In this document: one piece after another, positions 27,670 through 38,453 of the stretch
Numbering within the stretch: position 1 is the stretch's first letter
How the letters are laid out: each line of letters begins with the position of its first letter
Assembly: GCA_045561055.1 (NCBI GenBank)
Contig: JBJKYL010000010.1
Location: 198,681-262,680 of the forward strand
DNA from: Candidatus Rariloculaceae bacterium
GTDB taxonomy: Bacteria > Pseudomonadota > Gammaproteobacteria > Steroidobacterales > Rariloculaceae
DNA length: 64,000 bases
Direction of reading: 5' to 3'
Notes under the pieces: generated by a model
What the model saw: the letters and a program-made list of their open reading frames with translations, nothing else
Told to the model about the DNA's origin: nothing
The model's database searches: none
Made by a program: the position numbers and the translations under genes

Positions 27670-29238
27670 GTGAAGGAACATTCTTTGCTTGATTCGCTGT
27701 TAGATTGGTTACAAGAAGGGGAAAATACTGGTCTCATCCGGAGGGGGTTGCGCGGTATCGAAAAGGAATGCCTTCGCGTTGATAATGCCGGTTATCTTTC
27801 TCAAAAGACCCATCCAATTAAACTAGGATCGAAGCTCACTCATCCTTATCTGACGACCGACTACTCTGAGGCACAGCTCGAGTTCGTTACGCCACCCTAT
27901 TCGTCCAACTGGGAGACGTTCCAATTTCTCTGTGATAGCCATGGCTTCGTAACACGAAGCCTCGATAATGAGTTGCTTTGGGCTCAAAGTATGCCCTGTA
28001 TCGTTGCTGCAGATGGGGAGCTTCCGATTGCATTTTATGGATCGTCGAATCTAGGCCAGATGAAAACGATTTACCGCCGTGGTTTGGGTTATCGTTATGG
28101 GCAGGCAATGCAGGCTATCTCAGGCGTACACTACAATTATTCTCTACCTAGTGCCTTGTGGAAACCTCTCCGGGAACACCAGAAAAACTCCGAGACTCTC
28201 GCAAGCTTTGCTACTTCTCAATACATGGGTATGGTCCGCAATTATCGACGTATCGCGTGGCTCTTTATCTATTTGTTCGGGGCCTCACCCGCGCTCTCTA
28301 AATCATTTCAAGCTTCTGGCCATGAACTTCTCGAGGAGCTAGATACCGCGACTTGGTATGGACCATACAGCACGTCACTGCGTATGAGCGACATCGGTTA
28401 CCGCAACAAAACGCAGGCTGCTCTGCAGATGTCCGCTAATTCATTCGATGAGTATACGTCGGACCTCGGAGTGGCGGTCACCACGGCCAACCCTGCTTAC
28501 GAAGAAGTCGGTATCCGAGCTCACGGTGAATACCAGCAGCTCAATACCAACATTCTGCAGATCGAGAACGAGTATTACAGTTCAATCCGCCCGAAGCCGG
28601 CTCCTGGGGTAGGTGGTTCGCCGATTGTTCGTCTACGTGAAACTGGTATCGAATATGTTGAAGTACGGACCCTTGACATAAATATGCTCGATCCTGTGGG
28701 GATTAATCAAACTCAGCTCCGCTTTGCTGAAGCTGCGATGATCTACTGTTTGTTATCCAGCAGTCCGCCTATCGATAGAGCTGAACAGGCTCGGATTGAT
28801 GCTACTGAACTCATTGTTGCTCGAGAGGGTCGTAAGCCTAATCTGAAGCTTCCAGGTGCAGACGGCAATGTGTTGATGTCTAAGCGGGGTGTCGAAATCG
28901 TCGACGATATTGCGAAAGTTGCCGCGTTGCTTGATGTGAATGATGAGGGTTACATCGCCGCCGCCGATGCCCAACGCGATGCACTGACCGATCCGACTCT
29001 CACTCCATCAGCTCAGATATTATTTGAGATGCGTGATAGGGGACAGAGCTTCTTAGAATTTACGCTAGATGTTTCCCGTGCGCATGCCGACTATTTCCGC
29101 GGAGTTGGTCTACCGGCGAAAAAAGAAGCGCTATTTGCGCGCGTGTCTGAGCGCTCTTTAAAGCAGGCGGAAGATTTAGAGAAGACGAAGGAACCGCCAT
29201 TCGAGGATTATCTGGCCAGTTATTTTGAGAATATTTAA
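27670..29238 (+). CDS. gshA: glutamate--cysteine ligase
   Basis: The ORF is 522 aa with a GTG start. It is proteobacterial GshA-type, with RGLRGIEKECLRV, TTDYSEAQLEFVTPP and IRPK blocks. Confidence 0.92.
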   Translation: MKEHSLLDSLLDWLQEGENTGLIRRGLRGIEKECLRVDNAGYLSQKTHPIKLGSKLTHPYLTTDYSEAQLEFVTPPYSSNWETFQFLCDSHGFVTRSLDNELLWAQSMPCIVAADGELPIAFYGSSNLGQMKTIYRRGLGYRYGQAMQAISGVHYNYSLPSALWKPLREHQKNSETLASFATSQYMGMVRNYRRIAWLFIYLFGASPALSKSFQASGHELLEELDTATWYGPYSTSLRMSDIGYRNKTQAALQMSANSFDEYTSDLGVAVTTANPAYEEVGIRAHGEYQQLNTNILQIENEYYSSIRPKPAPGVGGSPIVRLRETGIEYVEVRTLDINMLDPVGINQTQLRFAEAAMIYCLLSSSPPIDRAEQARIDATELIVAREGRKPNLKLPGADGNVLMSKRGVEIVDDIAKVAALLDVNDEGYIAAADAQRDALTDPTLTPSAQILFEMRDRGQSFLEFTLDVSRAHADYFRGVGLPAKKEALFARVSERSLKQAEDLEKTKEPPFEDYLASYFENI

Positions 29239-29336
29239 AGAATTCGTGAGTATTTCTTGTGAATTGAGTTGCTGATTCCAACGATTAAAATAGAGACACT
29301 TTACCTCCGAGATGCGATCAGTAAGCTAGTAATTAG

Positions 29337-30122
29337 ATGAAACCATCTAGAGCAGCTGCGACAAAGAAAAAGACTAAGAAGAAAGTCTCTGCTAAGGCAA
29401 CTGCGACAAAGAAAAAGACTAAGAAGAAAGTCTCTTCCAAAGCGACCACGACAAAAATAAAAACCAAGAAAAAAGTCAGCAGGTTTATAGTCGGAATGTT
29501 TGCAGGTTGCGCGGTGGCCGTTGGTGCTGCGCAATTTTACCCGTGGGTAGATAACCCTCGATCGGTACCCTTGACAGTCGTTTTGCACAATGGCGGCCGT
29601 GCTGAAGACTTCGTCATCTATTTTCCTATAGATCGTATTGCTAGTCTCGGCGGTTCGGAAATGGGCCTCCGAGCCAAAGCCTACCCGGACGGCGTCGATG
29701 TGCCAGCGGAGATAGCCGCTCATCCAGTCCTCGTCGAACATTTCAAGCTTCGTGACCGTGAAGGCGAGGTCATCGGCGTAGCGGTGCGCCATGCTAGTGT
29801 TGTTGAAGACGACGCGGCCAGCGCTTGGGCGCTGACAATCCCGGGCCGCGGGACGATGCATCTGCTCGGTCACGCAGATCCAGGCGCGTTGGATCGTGCG
29901 TTGGCTTCTGAAGGTCAGATAGAAGGTCGCCCATGGAGCGGCGATCTAGAGTGGTCTGCTGGGGGCGGGGGCGATGAGTCCGGCTTAGTTGCGGGAGGCA
30001 ATGACGAGTTTGCGGGTCTGCTTGGAACGTATAAAGAGGACTGGCTGATCAGCGGTGTGACCCCGGCTGGCGAACTTCGCGGTACGATAATATTGCGGAC
30101 GATATCGGAGGTCGTCGAATGA
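29337..30122 (+). CDS. membrane-anchored hypothetical protein with Lys-rich repeat tail
   Basis: The ORF is 261 aa. The N-terminal about 48 aa are repeats of ATKKKTKKKVS-x-KAT, followed by one TM segment (FIVGMFAGCAVAVGAAQFY) and an extracytoplasmic domain of about 190 aa. It is paralogous to the next ORF. Confidence 0.6.
   Translation: MKPSRAAATKKKTKKKVSAKATATKKKTKKKVSSKATTTKIKTKKKVSRFIVGMFAGCAVAVGAAQFYPWVDNPRSVPLTVVLHNGGRAEDFVIYFPIDRIASLGGSEMGLRAKAYPDGVDVPAEIAAHPVLVEHFKLRDREGEVIGVAVRHASVVEDDAASAWALTIPGRGTMHLLGHADPGALDRALASEGQIEGRPWSGDLEWSAGGGGDESGLVAGGNDEFAGLLGTYKEDWLISGVTPAGELRGTIILRTISEVVE
29356..29480 (+). repeat. 45-bp tandem repeat (2 near-perfect copies plus 1 degenerate copy) encoding the Lys-rich tail
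   Basis: The 35-nt string CTGCGACAAAGAAAAAGACTAAGAAGAAAGTCTCT is identical at 29356-29390 and 29401-29435. A third, degenerate copy follows (ACCACGACAAAAATAAAAACCAAGAAAAAAGTC). Confidence 0.9.
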
Positions 30123-30799
30123 ATTCCGGCGCCATGACAATTTTCGGATTCGCAGTTGGTTTTGTTTTGGCGGTAATCGGAATGTACTGCAATCCATTCA
30201 CCACTGATGCTGGAGAAGCTGACGATCTGAATGCCCGGGCCCTGCATTACAGTTCGCCTTTCACTGCCGGGCTTACGATGACGCACAACGGTCAGTCGCG
30301 GTTGCAGCTGAGGCCCACGACGATTCCAGAGTTGTGGGAGAACGCGATTAAAAACGCTATGCTGAGTGTTGTTGTGTTACGCGATGATGGTAACCAGCCC
30401 GTTGGTATTGCAAGCCGGGTGAGCCAGCTCTCCGAGAGAACGGACATGCTCAGTCGGGGCGTCTTAGTTGATGACGACTGGCTAGTTACGATAATGGGCG
30501 AAGGGTCATTTTTTATCCGCGCAAACAATAATCTTTGGCCATTTCTGAAGGAAACTCTGATCCCTGTCTGGTATCTCGACTGGCCCTGGTATGGACCGAA
30601 AAACTATCGGCCTACGGTCGGACCTAGTGCGGAGGGTTTTGCGCTCGTAACCGGAGGAACGGGTGCGTTCGATGGTGTCAGGGGGACGGCTATTGAAGAC
30701 TATAAAATTTATGATTTCGACAAGGCCAAGGGTCCAGGTACCGTAGACGTGCGTCTGTTCCTACAGCTTCCTTCTGATACCCTCAACCCGGCCTTGTAA
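30119..30799 (+). CDS. membrane-anchored hypothetical protein, paralog of 29337..30122
   Basis: The ORF is 226 aa and shares an ATGA overlap with the upstream ORF. It has an N-terminal TM segment. Shared blocks are VVVLRDDGNQPVGIASR vs HFKLRDREGEVIGVAVR, and VTGGTGAFDGVRGTAIEDY vs VAGGNDEFAGLLGTYKEDW. Confidence 0.6.
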   Translation: MNSGAMTIFGFAVGFVLAVIGMYCNPFTTDAGEADDLNARALHYSSPFTAGLTMTHNGQSRLQLRPTTIPELWENAIKNAMLSVVVLRDDGNQPVGIASRVSQLSERTDMLSRGVLVDDDWLVTIMGEGSFFIRANNNLWPFLKETLIPVWYLDWPWYGPKNYRPTVGPSAEGFALVTGGTGAFDGVRGTAIEDYKIYDFDKAKGPGTVDVRLFLQLPSDTLNPAL

Positions 30800-30887
30800 T
30801 AGCCGTTTTCTTGCTACATAAGCACAGACTGTGCCGCGTTGTAGGAGGGTGCGTGGGCAATACGTCGCCAGAAGTTACGCAACTCGG

Positions 30888-32111
30888 TCAAATCTTCTGC
30901 AAGAGATCTTTAAAGTTCGTATCTGAATCGGCCAGCCGCTCTGCTGTCACTTTCGTCTCGGCCGCTATGATTTTCTTACCGAATATGAAATCTTGTGGGG
31001 CGTTCACGGCGTCTATGGCAATCAACCGCCTGTCCCGCAAGTAGCATGCGGAAAAACTGTTACTTTTGGGATGGCCTCTGATCGCTATTTCATCGTGATC
31101 TCCGGAAAGACCAGCAATCTGTAGTTTCAGATCGTACTGATCCGACCAGAACCATGGCACCTGTTGATAAGATTGTGCCTCGCCCAGCAAGCTCAGCGCA
31201 GCGGTCTTGGCCTGTTCGATCGCGTTGTGTACGGATTCTAGCCTGATCGAGCGGCCGGTGAAGACGTTCGGATGATTCGTGCAGTCACCAGCAGCGACAA
31301 TACACGGGTCGCTGGTTCGTGCGTATTCATCGACGCGAATTCCATCCTCGCAGTGGAGACCTATTTCCGAAGCGAGTTCGACGACTGGTTTGATGCCTAC
31401 TCCCACGACCACGATGTCGCAGGGATGGAGTTGACCTGTACTAGTTCGGACAGCTGTAACATGGTCTCCGCCTTGAAATGCACTGACACCGGTACCGCAG
31501 AGAATTTCGACTCCCTTTGCGCTGTGATAGTCCTCATAGAATTGTGATACTTCTTTACACACCACTCGTGCCATTACTCTGGGCGCCGCTTCGAAAACGG
31601 TTACCTCGAGACCGAGCGTTGCAGCGATTGAGGCGATCTCGAGGCCGATATAGCCGGCACCCACCACAACAAGTTTTCTCCCCGGAATGAGTTCGGTGCG
31701 GATGGCGTCTGCATCCGCGAGGGTCCTAAGATAATGAATGCCGGCGAGCTCGCAACCCGAGATATCAAGCCTTCGCACCCGGCTTCCCGTGGATAGCATC
31801 AGGCCGTCATACTCAAGGATTCTTCCATCTTCTAAGCGCACTCGGTGGAATGCTGCATCAATCTCCGCTGCGTGGACGCCGAGTTCCATAGTGATCTCCC
31901 GCTCCGGGTAGAAACTTGCGGGACGAAGCTTCAGTCGTTCTGCCGCCAACTCGCCAGTGAGGTACTTCTTCGACAATGGAGGTCGTTGGTAGGGTTCATG
32001 CCCTTCCTCGCCGATGAGCGTAATGGTGCCGTCGAATTTTTTCTGGCGTAGAGTTTGGACAGCCTGTGCTGCTGCTTGGCCGCCGCCAATTATGATGAAG
32101 TGCTTAGGCAT
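30888..32111 (-). CDS. FAD-dependent pyridine nucleotide-disulfide oxidoreductase (ferredoxin/rubredoxin reductase family)
   Basis: The ORF is 407 aa with two Rossmann motifs (IIIGGGQAAAQA and VVVGAGYIGLEIA). It also has the PYQRPPLSK block typical of ferredoxin-NAD(P)+ reductases. Confidence 0.85.
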   Translation of the reverse strand: MPKHFIIIGGGQAAAQAVQTLRQKKFDGTITLIGEEGHEPYQRPPLSKKYLTGELAAERLKLRPASFYPEREITMELGVHAAEIDAAFHRVRLEDGRILEYDGLMLSTGSRVRRLDISGCELAGIHYLRTLADADAIRTELIPGRKLVVVGAGYIGLEIASIAATLGLEVTVFEAAPRVMARVVCKEVSQFYEDYHSAKGVEILCGTGVSAFQGGDHVTAVRTSTGQLHPCDIVVVGVGIKPVVELASEIGLHCEDGIRVDEYARTSDPCIVAAGDCTNHPNVFTGRSIRLESVHNAIEQAKTAALSLLGEAQSYQQVPWFWSDQYDLKLQIAGLSGDHDEIAIRGHPKSNSFSACYLRDRRLIAIDAVNAPQDFIFGKKIIAAETKVTAERLADSDTNFKDLLQKI

Positions 32112-32193
32112 AGGATATTGTATCGTTGTTTACTTGCGAGACCGGGTAGTAGCTGCTTAGCTAGTCAAGATTTAAAAAAGGATCAATGAAGAA

Positions 32194-33168
32194 ATGACCC
32201 ATGCAATCAGAATAAAAGAGTTTGGCGGGCCGGAGAAACTAGAGTTCATGGAGATCGAGTTAGGTGAGCCTGGACCGGGGCAGGCTCGGATAGCGCATAC
32301 GGCCATCGGTGTTAATTTTATCGATACCTATCATCGTTCTGGGCTTTATCCTATCGAATTGCCTGCCGGGCTTGGCGGAGAGGCGGCTGGTACGGTGGTT
32401 TCTGTCGGTGAAGGTGTGGAGCACGTTACGCCGGGCGACCGCGTCTGCTACGCAGTCCCGAAACCATCGACTTCCTATTCAGAAGAAAGTGTCATCGATG
32501 CAATGTGGCTCATTAAGATTCCTGAGGATGTCGCCGACGAAACGGCTGCCGCGATAATGCTCAAGGGACTGACCTCTTGGTATCTGTTGCGGCAAACGTA
32601 TGAAGTCCAAGAAGGAGATACGATTTTACTCTATGCCGCCGCCGGTGGTGTTGGGCTGATCGCCGCGCAGTGGGCCGAGCATCTTGGGGCGAGAGTCATC
32701 GGTGTCGTCAGCACCGAGGAAAAACGGCAGCTCGCGCTTTCTCATGGTTGTACGGAAGTTCTGCTAGCCGATAGCGACATAGTGACGGCTGTGCGGGATA
32801 TCACGAATGGTGACGGCGTGCCCGTTGTCTATGATCCTGTCGGCAAGGACACGCTTTATCAGTCGCTAGACTGTTTGTGTCGTCGCGGACTACTTGTAAG
32901 TTTTGGTAATGCCTCGGGCGCGGTTGATTGCTTGCCGTTACTTGAACTGGCGAAGCGTGGCTCGCTATACGTGACGCGGCCTGTATTAGGCAGTAACGTG
33001 ACGAATCGAGAAGAACTCGAGCTGGCTAGTGGAGAACTGCTAGGTTTACTTAGTGACGGTTGTTTGCAGGTCGAGATTGGCCAGCGCTTTGCGCTCGCGG
33101 ACGCGGCAGATGCGCATCGCGCGCTAGAATCGCGACGGACAAAGGGTTCGACTGTACTATTGCCGTGA
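32194..33168 (+). CDS. qor: NADPH:quinone oxidoreductase (zeta-crystallin/Qor family MDR)
   Basis: The 324-aa zinc-free MDR has GVNFIDTYHRSGLYP and AAAGGVG blocks. Confidence 0.85.
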   Translation: MTHAIRIKEFGGPEKLEFMEIELGEPGPGQARIAHTAIGVNFIDTYHRSGLYPIELPAGLGGEAAGTVVSVGEGVEHVTPGDRVCYAVPKPSTSYSEESVIDAMWLIKIPEDVADETAAAIMLKGLTSWYLLRQTYEVQEGDTILLYAAAGGVGLIAAQWAEHLGARVIGVVSTEEKRQLALSHGCTEVLLADSDIVTAVRDITNGDGVPVVYDPVGKDTLYQSLDCLCRRGLLVSFGNASGAVDCLPLLELAKRGSLYVTRPVLGSNVTNREELELASGELLGLLSDGCLQVEIGQRFALADAADAHRALESRRTKGSTVLLP

Positions 33169-33295
33169 CCTGAAAAAATTGATGGCTCATTGTTAATGAT
33201 TCTTTAGGAAGGTTTATTCGATTCGAAGCCCTCTAGCTTCGCTGCAATAAACTGAAATCACTCTGGGCCAAGCTGACCGAAGATTTTAGTAGTTC

Positions 33296-35659
33296 TTATA
33301 CGCTCGATAGCGGCCAGAAGATTGGTAACAAAACCATCGCGCAGACGAATACGATGATAGTCAAGGGTAACCCGAGTTTGAAGTAATCAGTGAAACGGTA
33401 ACCGCCCGGACCCATGACAAGAATGTTCGCAGGATGAGATATTGGGCTTGTAAAACTTGCGGAAGCCGCTATCGCGATGGCCATCATCGCAGTCTGCGGT
33501 GCAATGCCAAGATCGGCGCTTGCCGACAGTACGATAGGTGACATTAGAACGACGAGCGCGGCTGTTGGAATGATCATCGTTCCTGCTGCGGTAATCAAAT
33601 AGAGTCCGCCGATAACCCACCAGGGACCAAGCGGTCCCAACACGGCCATCGTCTGATTCGCAAGCAGTTCTGCAGCCCCGGTTTGTTCCATCGCCGTTCC
33701 GAGTGGCAGCATTCCTGCTATCAGGAAGATCGCGCGCCACTCTATCGCACGGTATGCATCCTCCATGCTTAGACAGGTAGTTAGAATCATGAGTGTCGCG
33801 CCGATCACCGCTGCAATATAGATGGGCAGCCAGCCTGCTAGAACCGAGAGAATAACCACAAACATAATACCGCCGGCGAGTGGCGCTTTCGCCGTATCAA
33901 CAGACCTCTGAGTTACCGGTGTAAGCACGAGGAATTCCGGATCACGCTCGAATATCGCGAGTTTTTGTCTCGGACCAAGAAGCAATAAGGCATCGCCTAG
34001 TTGCATCTTGAGTTGATCCAGGTTGGTTCGAATAGCCTCGCCTTTGCGCCACACTGCTACGAGTTCAAGACCATACCTCTCTCGGAAATCGAACTCCGAA
34101 AGCGCGTGTCCGGCCAGGGGTGAACGCGGGTCTAGTGTGGCCTCGAGTAGATTAAGACGGTCGGAGTCGAATGCGTTAAAGTTTGGGTGCGCGCCACGTT
34201 GGATTTTGAGTTCCTGTAGGCCTCGCAAAACGTCGAGATCTTCTCTACGTCCCTGAATCAATAAGAGGTCGCCGCCCTTCAGTGACTGATCGGGTTCAGG
34301 CATAAGCTTAAGTTCGCCCTCGCGAAATAGCGCCAGCAGTCGAAAATCGAAAGCATCACCGAGCCGGTTGCGCACTAGCGTTTCACCTGCGAGTGGTGAC
34401 TCACGCGGTACGCGCACCACGAATAATTTCTCCTGGAGCCGGTAAACTTCGCTAAGTTCTTTTTCTTCAATGGCTCTGCAGGCTGAGAACTCCGGTGAGC
34501 GCTCTATTTCTTCGGCTGTTTCAGGACTTGCTTGCAATAACAGCGCGTCGCCGCCGCGGAGTGGAATATTGGCTAGATTGACGCGGCGTACGAGATCACC
34601 GCGCCGTATAGCGAGAACATTAGCGCCATAGTGGTTCCGAAACTCGGCGTGGTGGAGTAACCCAGCGACTAGCGGTGAGCTATCTTTTACGGTGACCTCG
34701 AGAACCTTGATTTGCCCGGCCATGAGTCCCTGTAACACGGGCGCCTCGCGCTCGATCACAAGTTCGCTCCATCGTTGAAATTCGTGAAACCTATCGAGCC
34801 GCCCCTGGATCAGGAGGTTATCGTTGCTCTTCAATACCGTTTGACGTGACGGCATAAATTCCGATTTTCCGTCACGTTCTAGGGCGAGGACAATTAGTCC
34901 GGTGGCAACACCGATACGACTCTGGCTTAGCGTCTTGCCGACGAGGATGGAGTCGGCCGGCACACGCATTTCGAAAGCGCGCGCCTGCAGACCGTATTGC
35001 CTACGAAGATTTCTCTGGCTGCGTCGCTGCGTTTCTTCTTCAGGTTTCTTGCGTGGCAACATATGTTTACCAACCAACGCGATGAAGAGAGTTCCGGCGA
35101 TGAGAACGACTCCACCAACCGGCGTGAAATCAAATAGATTAAAAGGTTCGTAGCCTGCAGCTTCCAGAGAGCCACTAATGAGCAGGTTCGGCGGCGTACC
35201 AATCATCGTGGTCAAACCGCCGAGCAAGCTGCCATAGGCTAGTGGCATCAGCAAGCGTGAGGCAGGAATTCGCGTACGACGGGCCACGTCGATCACAACA
35301 GGAAGCATGAGAGCAGCAACGCCGATGTTGTTCATGAACGCCGACAGAAGGCCTGCTGTCAGCATAATTACAATGATCATACGTGTTTCTTGCCGGCCGG
35401 CTAGCCGGAGTACGCTATGACCGATTACGTTGGCAATTCCGGTTCTTGTCAGGCCAGCGCTGAGGATGAACATAGCCCATACCGCTATCACAGCGGGATT
35501 AGAGAAACCGGCTACAGCCTCAGGTGGTGTAACAAGACCTGTCAGAACAAGTGTTCCGAGCACCATGAGTGCAATAAGGTCCATTCTGATTTTTTCACTG
35601 ATGAATAGCGCCAGTGAGACGACCAGAATGACGAGTACGAGACCGATTTGTAGTGTCAA
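33296..35659 (-). CDS. SLC13/DASS-family permease with four central TrkA-C (RCK_C) domains
   Basis: The ORF is 787 aa with N- and C-terminal multi-TM halves flanking four repeats. The repeats follow the pattern (v.V...S.L.G.TL.......g..vlai.R.g........l..GD.Lll.G) at roughly aa 225-295, 315-385, 410-480 and 500-570. Confidence 0.85.
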   Translation of the reverse strand: MTLQIGLVLVILVVSLALFISEKIRMDLIALMVLGTLVLTGLVTPPEAVAGFSNPAVIAVWAMFILSAGLTRTGIANVIGHSVLRLAGRQETRMIIVIMLTAGLLSAFMNNIGVAALMLPVVIDVARRTRIPASRLLMPLAYGSLLGGLTTMIGTPPNLLISGSLEAAGYEPFNLFDFTPVGGVVLIAGTLFIALVGKHMLPRKKPEEETQRRSQRNLRRQYGLQARAFEMRVPADSILVGKTLSQSRIGVATGLIVLALERDGKSEFMPSRQTVLKSNDNLLIQGRLDRFHEFQRWSELVIEREAPVLQGLMAGQIKVLEVTVKDSSPLVAGLLHHAEFRNHYGANVLAIRRGDLVRRVNLANIPLRGGDALLLQASPETAEEIERSPEFSACRAIEEKELSEVYRLQEKLFVVRVPRESPLAGETLVRNRLGDAFDFRLLALFREGELKLMPEPDQSLKGGDLLLIQGRREDLDVLRGLQELKIQRGAHPNFNAFDSDRLNLLEATLDPRSPLAGHALSEFDFRERYGLELVAVWRKGEAIRTNLDQLKMQLGDALLLLGPRQKLAIFERDPEFLVLTPVTQRSVDTAKAPLAGGIMFVVILSVLAGWLPIYIAAVIGATLMILTTCLSMEDAYRAIEWRAIFLIAGMLPLGTAMEQTGAAELLANQTMAVLGPLGPWWVIGGLYLITAAGTMIIPTAALVVLMSPIVLSASADLGIAPQTAMMAIAIAASASFTSPISHPANILVMGPGGYRFTDYFKLGLPLTIIVFVCAMVLLPIFWPLSSV

Positions 35660-35977
35660 TTTAGACTCAGTTAGATAACTCGCGACCCTTTTTGCGCCTG
35701 AGTATGGAAAATCCGATAAGCGGACAAATTAAGTAGATTCTAATCGACCTGCGTACCTTCATAAAGGCTTCGAAGAAGCCGTTTGAAAATAAAATTACCA
35801 TATTCTCTAGATAGGGTTAGGTGTTCGGTCAGGCTACTATAAGATGTAGCGGATTGATAAGAGCGATGCAATGTTACAGGGGTCGTTGGTTTGGCACATT
35901 TGATGTTATGTTGAATTAATTTTCTTGCGGCCTATAGGGGGTCTAGCAAAAACAGTACACTACTAACGAGGGCCATT

Positions 35978-37156
35978 ATGAATAGATTTTCATTTACATT
36001 TCGCCGCAAGCCCCACCGATGGTCTTGTCTGATGATCTGTTGGCTAACATGCTGCAGCGCGTTCGCTCAACCTCAACCTCAACCCGAGTCTGATGACACT
36101 AAACTAGTATTCTCGAGTCTCGAGCTTGGTCAGACGAATAATGGCACCATCAATATCAACGGCTACGACCGATATTTTTCCGTTACGTTTCCTGCCTCGT
36201 ATAACAATGACGTAGCGTCTCCAGTCGTTCTGTTTTTTCACGGTTGTATGTGTCGTCCTGATTTCACCGAGGAAGCTATTTTGGGTTATTTGGATTGGGC
36301 ACCAAGATTAGAATCGTATAAAGAAGATTTCATCACCATAAAAATGTCTGCCTTCTCCAAGAAGAAACCGGAAGTTCCCCAAGGGGTGGAAGACGGTGGA
36401 GCGCGTGGTATGTGGCTCTGGCATGAAGGTTTGGAGTCAGAGCGTGACGATTACGCGTTCGTTGATACGTTGCTCGAAGAATTACAGTCCTCGTCTGATA
36501 TCAACATTGATCCGGAAAACATCTTTGGGGTTGGTCATTCGTCAGGAGCGATCTTTTTGATCTCTTACGTATTAGGCGGCCCGGTCGATCTAACCGATGT
36601 CAGCATCAATGATACTTATCAGTTTAAAGCCATTTCCGTAACGGGAGGTTCAACGTTACGGAAGGGGATTGTCGATTTCAAAGAAAATACGCCTGACACA
36701 TTGCCATCTGTCTTACACATCCAGGGAGAGCGGGATGGAGGGCTTTGGTTTAACGGTCAAGAAACGGGTAAAAGGGGTATCAATTTCTTAGAATTTGCCT
36801 CGATCGAAAACGGGGCAGCTATCGTTGATGGATTAAGAGACACAATACACGGGCTTACATACTCTGCATGGGACGAAAATACTCCCTCAAATCCCAGTAC
36901 CCTAGAAAGATGGGCCGAGCATCTCAATCTCGAGTATTCAGGGTACGAGGAATACCTCCAATATTACGTCTATAACTTCGCGCCGGTAACAACGTCAGAG
37001 AATGTGCTCGTCGGCATGAGGCTCAAAGATTGCGGGCATAGGCTTACCGCGGATCAATATCAGTCTGATTTCTTCCGAATCTTCTCGCAGCAAAATGGCG
37101 ATTTGCGAGCGTACGACAGCAAGATATCTCGAGACACTGTTTTGAGGTTCTGCTGA
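35978..37156 (+). CDS. secreted alpha/beta hydrolase (PHB-depolymerase/feruloyl-esterase LpqC-like)
   Basis: The ORF is 392 aa with a signal peptide (CCSAFA|QPQPQP), the oxyanion-region block VVLFFHGC and the nucleophile elbow GVGHSSGA. Confidence 0.65.
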   Translation: MNRFSFTFRRKPHRWSCLMICWLTCCSAFAQPQPQPESDDTKLVFSSLELGQTNNGTININGYDRYFSVTFPASYNNDVASPVVLFFHGCMCRPDFTEEAILGYLDWAPRLESYKEDFITIKMSAFSKKKPEVPQGVEDGGARGMWLWHEGLESERDDYAFVDTLLEELQSSSDINIDPENIFGVGHSSGAIFLISYVLGGPVDLTDVSINDTYQFKAISVTGGSTLRKGIVDFKENTPDTLPSVLHIQGERDGGLWFNGQETGKRGINFLEFASIENGAAIVDGLRDTIHGLTYSAWDENTPSNPSTLERWAEHLNLEYSGYEEYLQYYVYNFAPVTTSENVLVGMRLKDCGHRLTADQYQSDFFRIFSQQNGDLRAYDSKISRDTVLRFC

Positions 37157-37197
37157 TTCCGCGGTCGAACTACTTTTGACATAAAAAGAAGGTAAGA

Positions 37198-38334
<1,137 letters not shown>

Positions 38335-38453
38335 GACTAGTTAATCGGTTTATCGTTTATAACGAGTAGAATATAGAAAGCCAATCTATTCGCGGCGTTG
38401 TTGCGTCCATGAGTTGCCGCTATTCTTGATGGCTCGCAGTTAATAGAACTCGC

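Noticed and set aside
29301-29873. 190-aa minus-strand ORF opposite the Lys-rich protein gene
   Set aside because: It is the antisense reading of the AAG/AAA-rich tandem repeat, giving the repetitive FLLSLFLCRSC peptides. It has no independent coding signal. The plus-strand ORF has a coherent tail-TM-domain architecture and a paralog.
35885-35915. TGGCAC hexamer upstream of the secreted hydrolase gene, as a possible sigma-54 promoter
   Set aside because: The sequence is TGGCAC-ATTTG-ATGTT, with no GC dinucleotide at the -12 position, so it does not fit the -24/-12 consensus.
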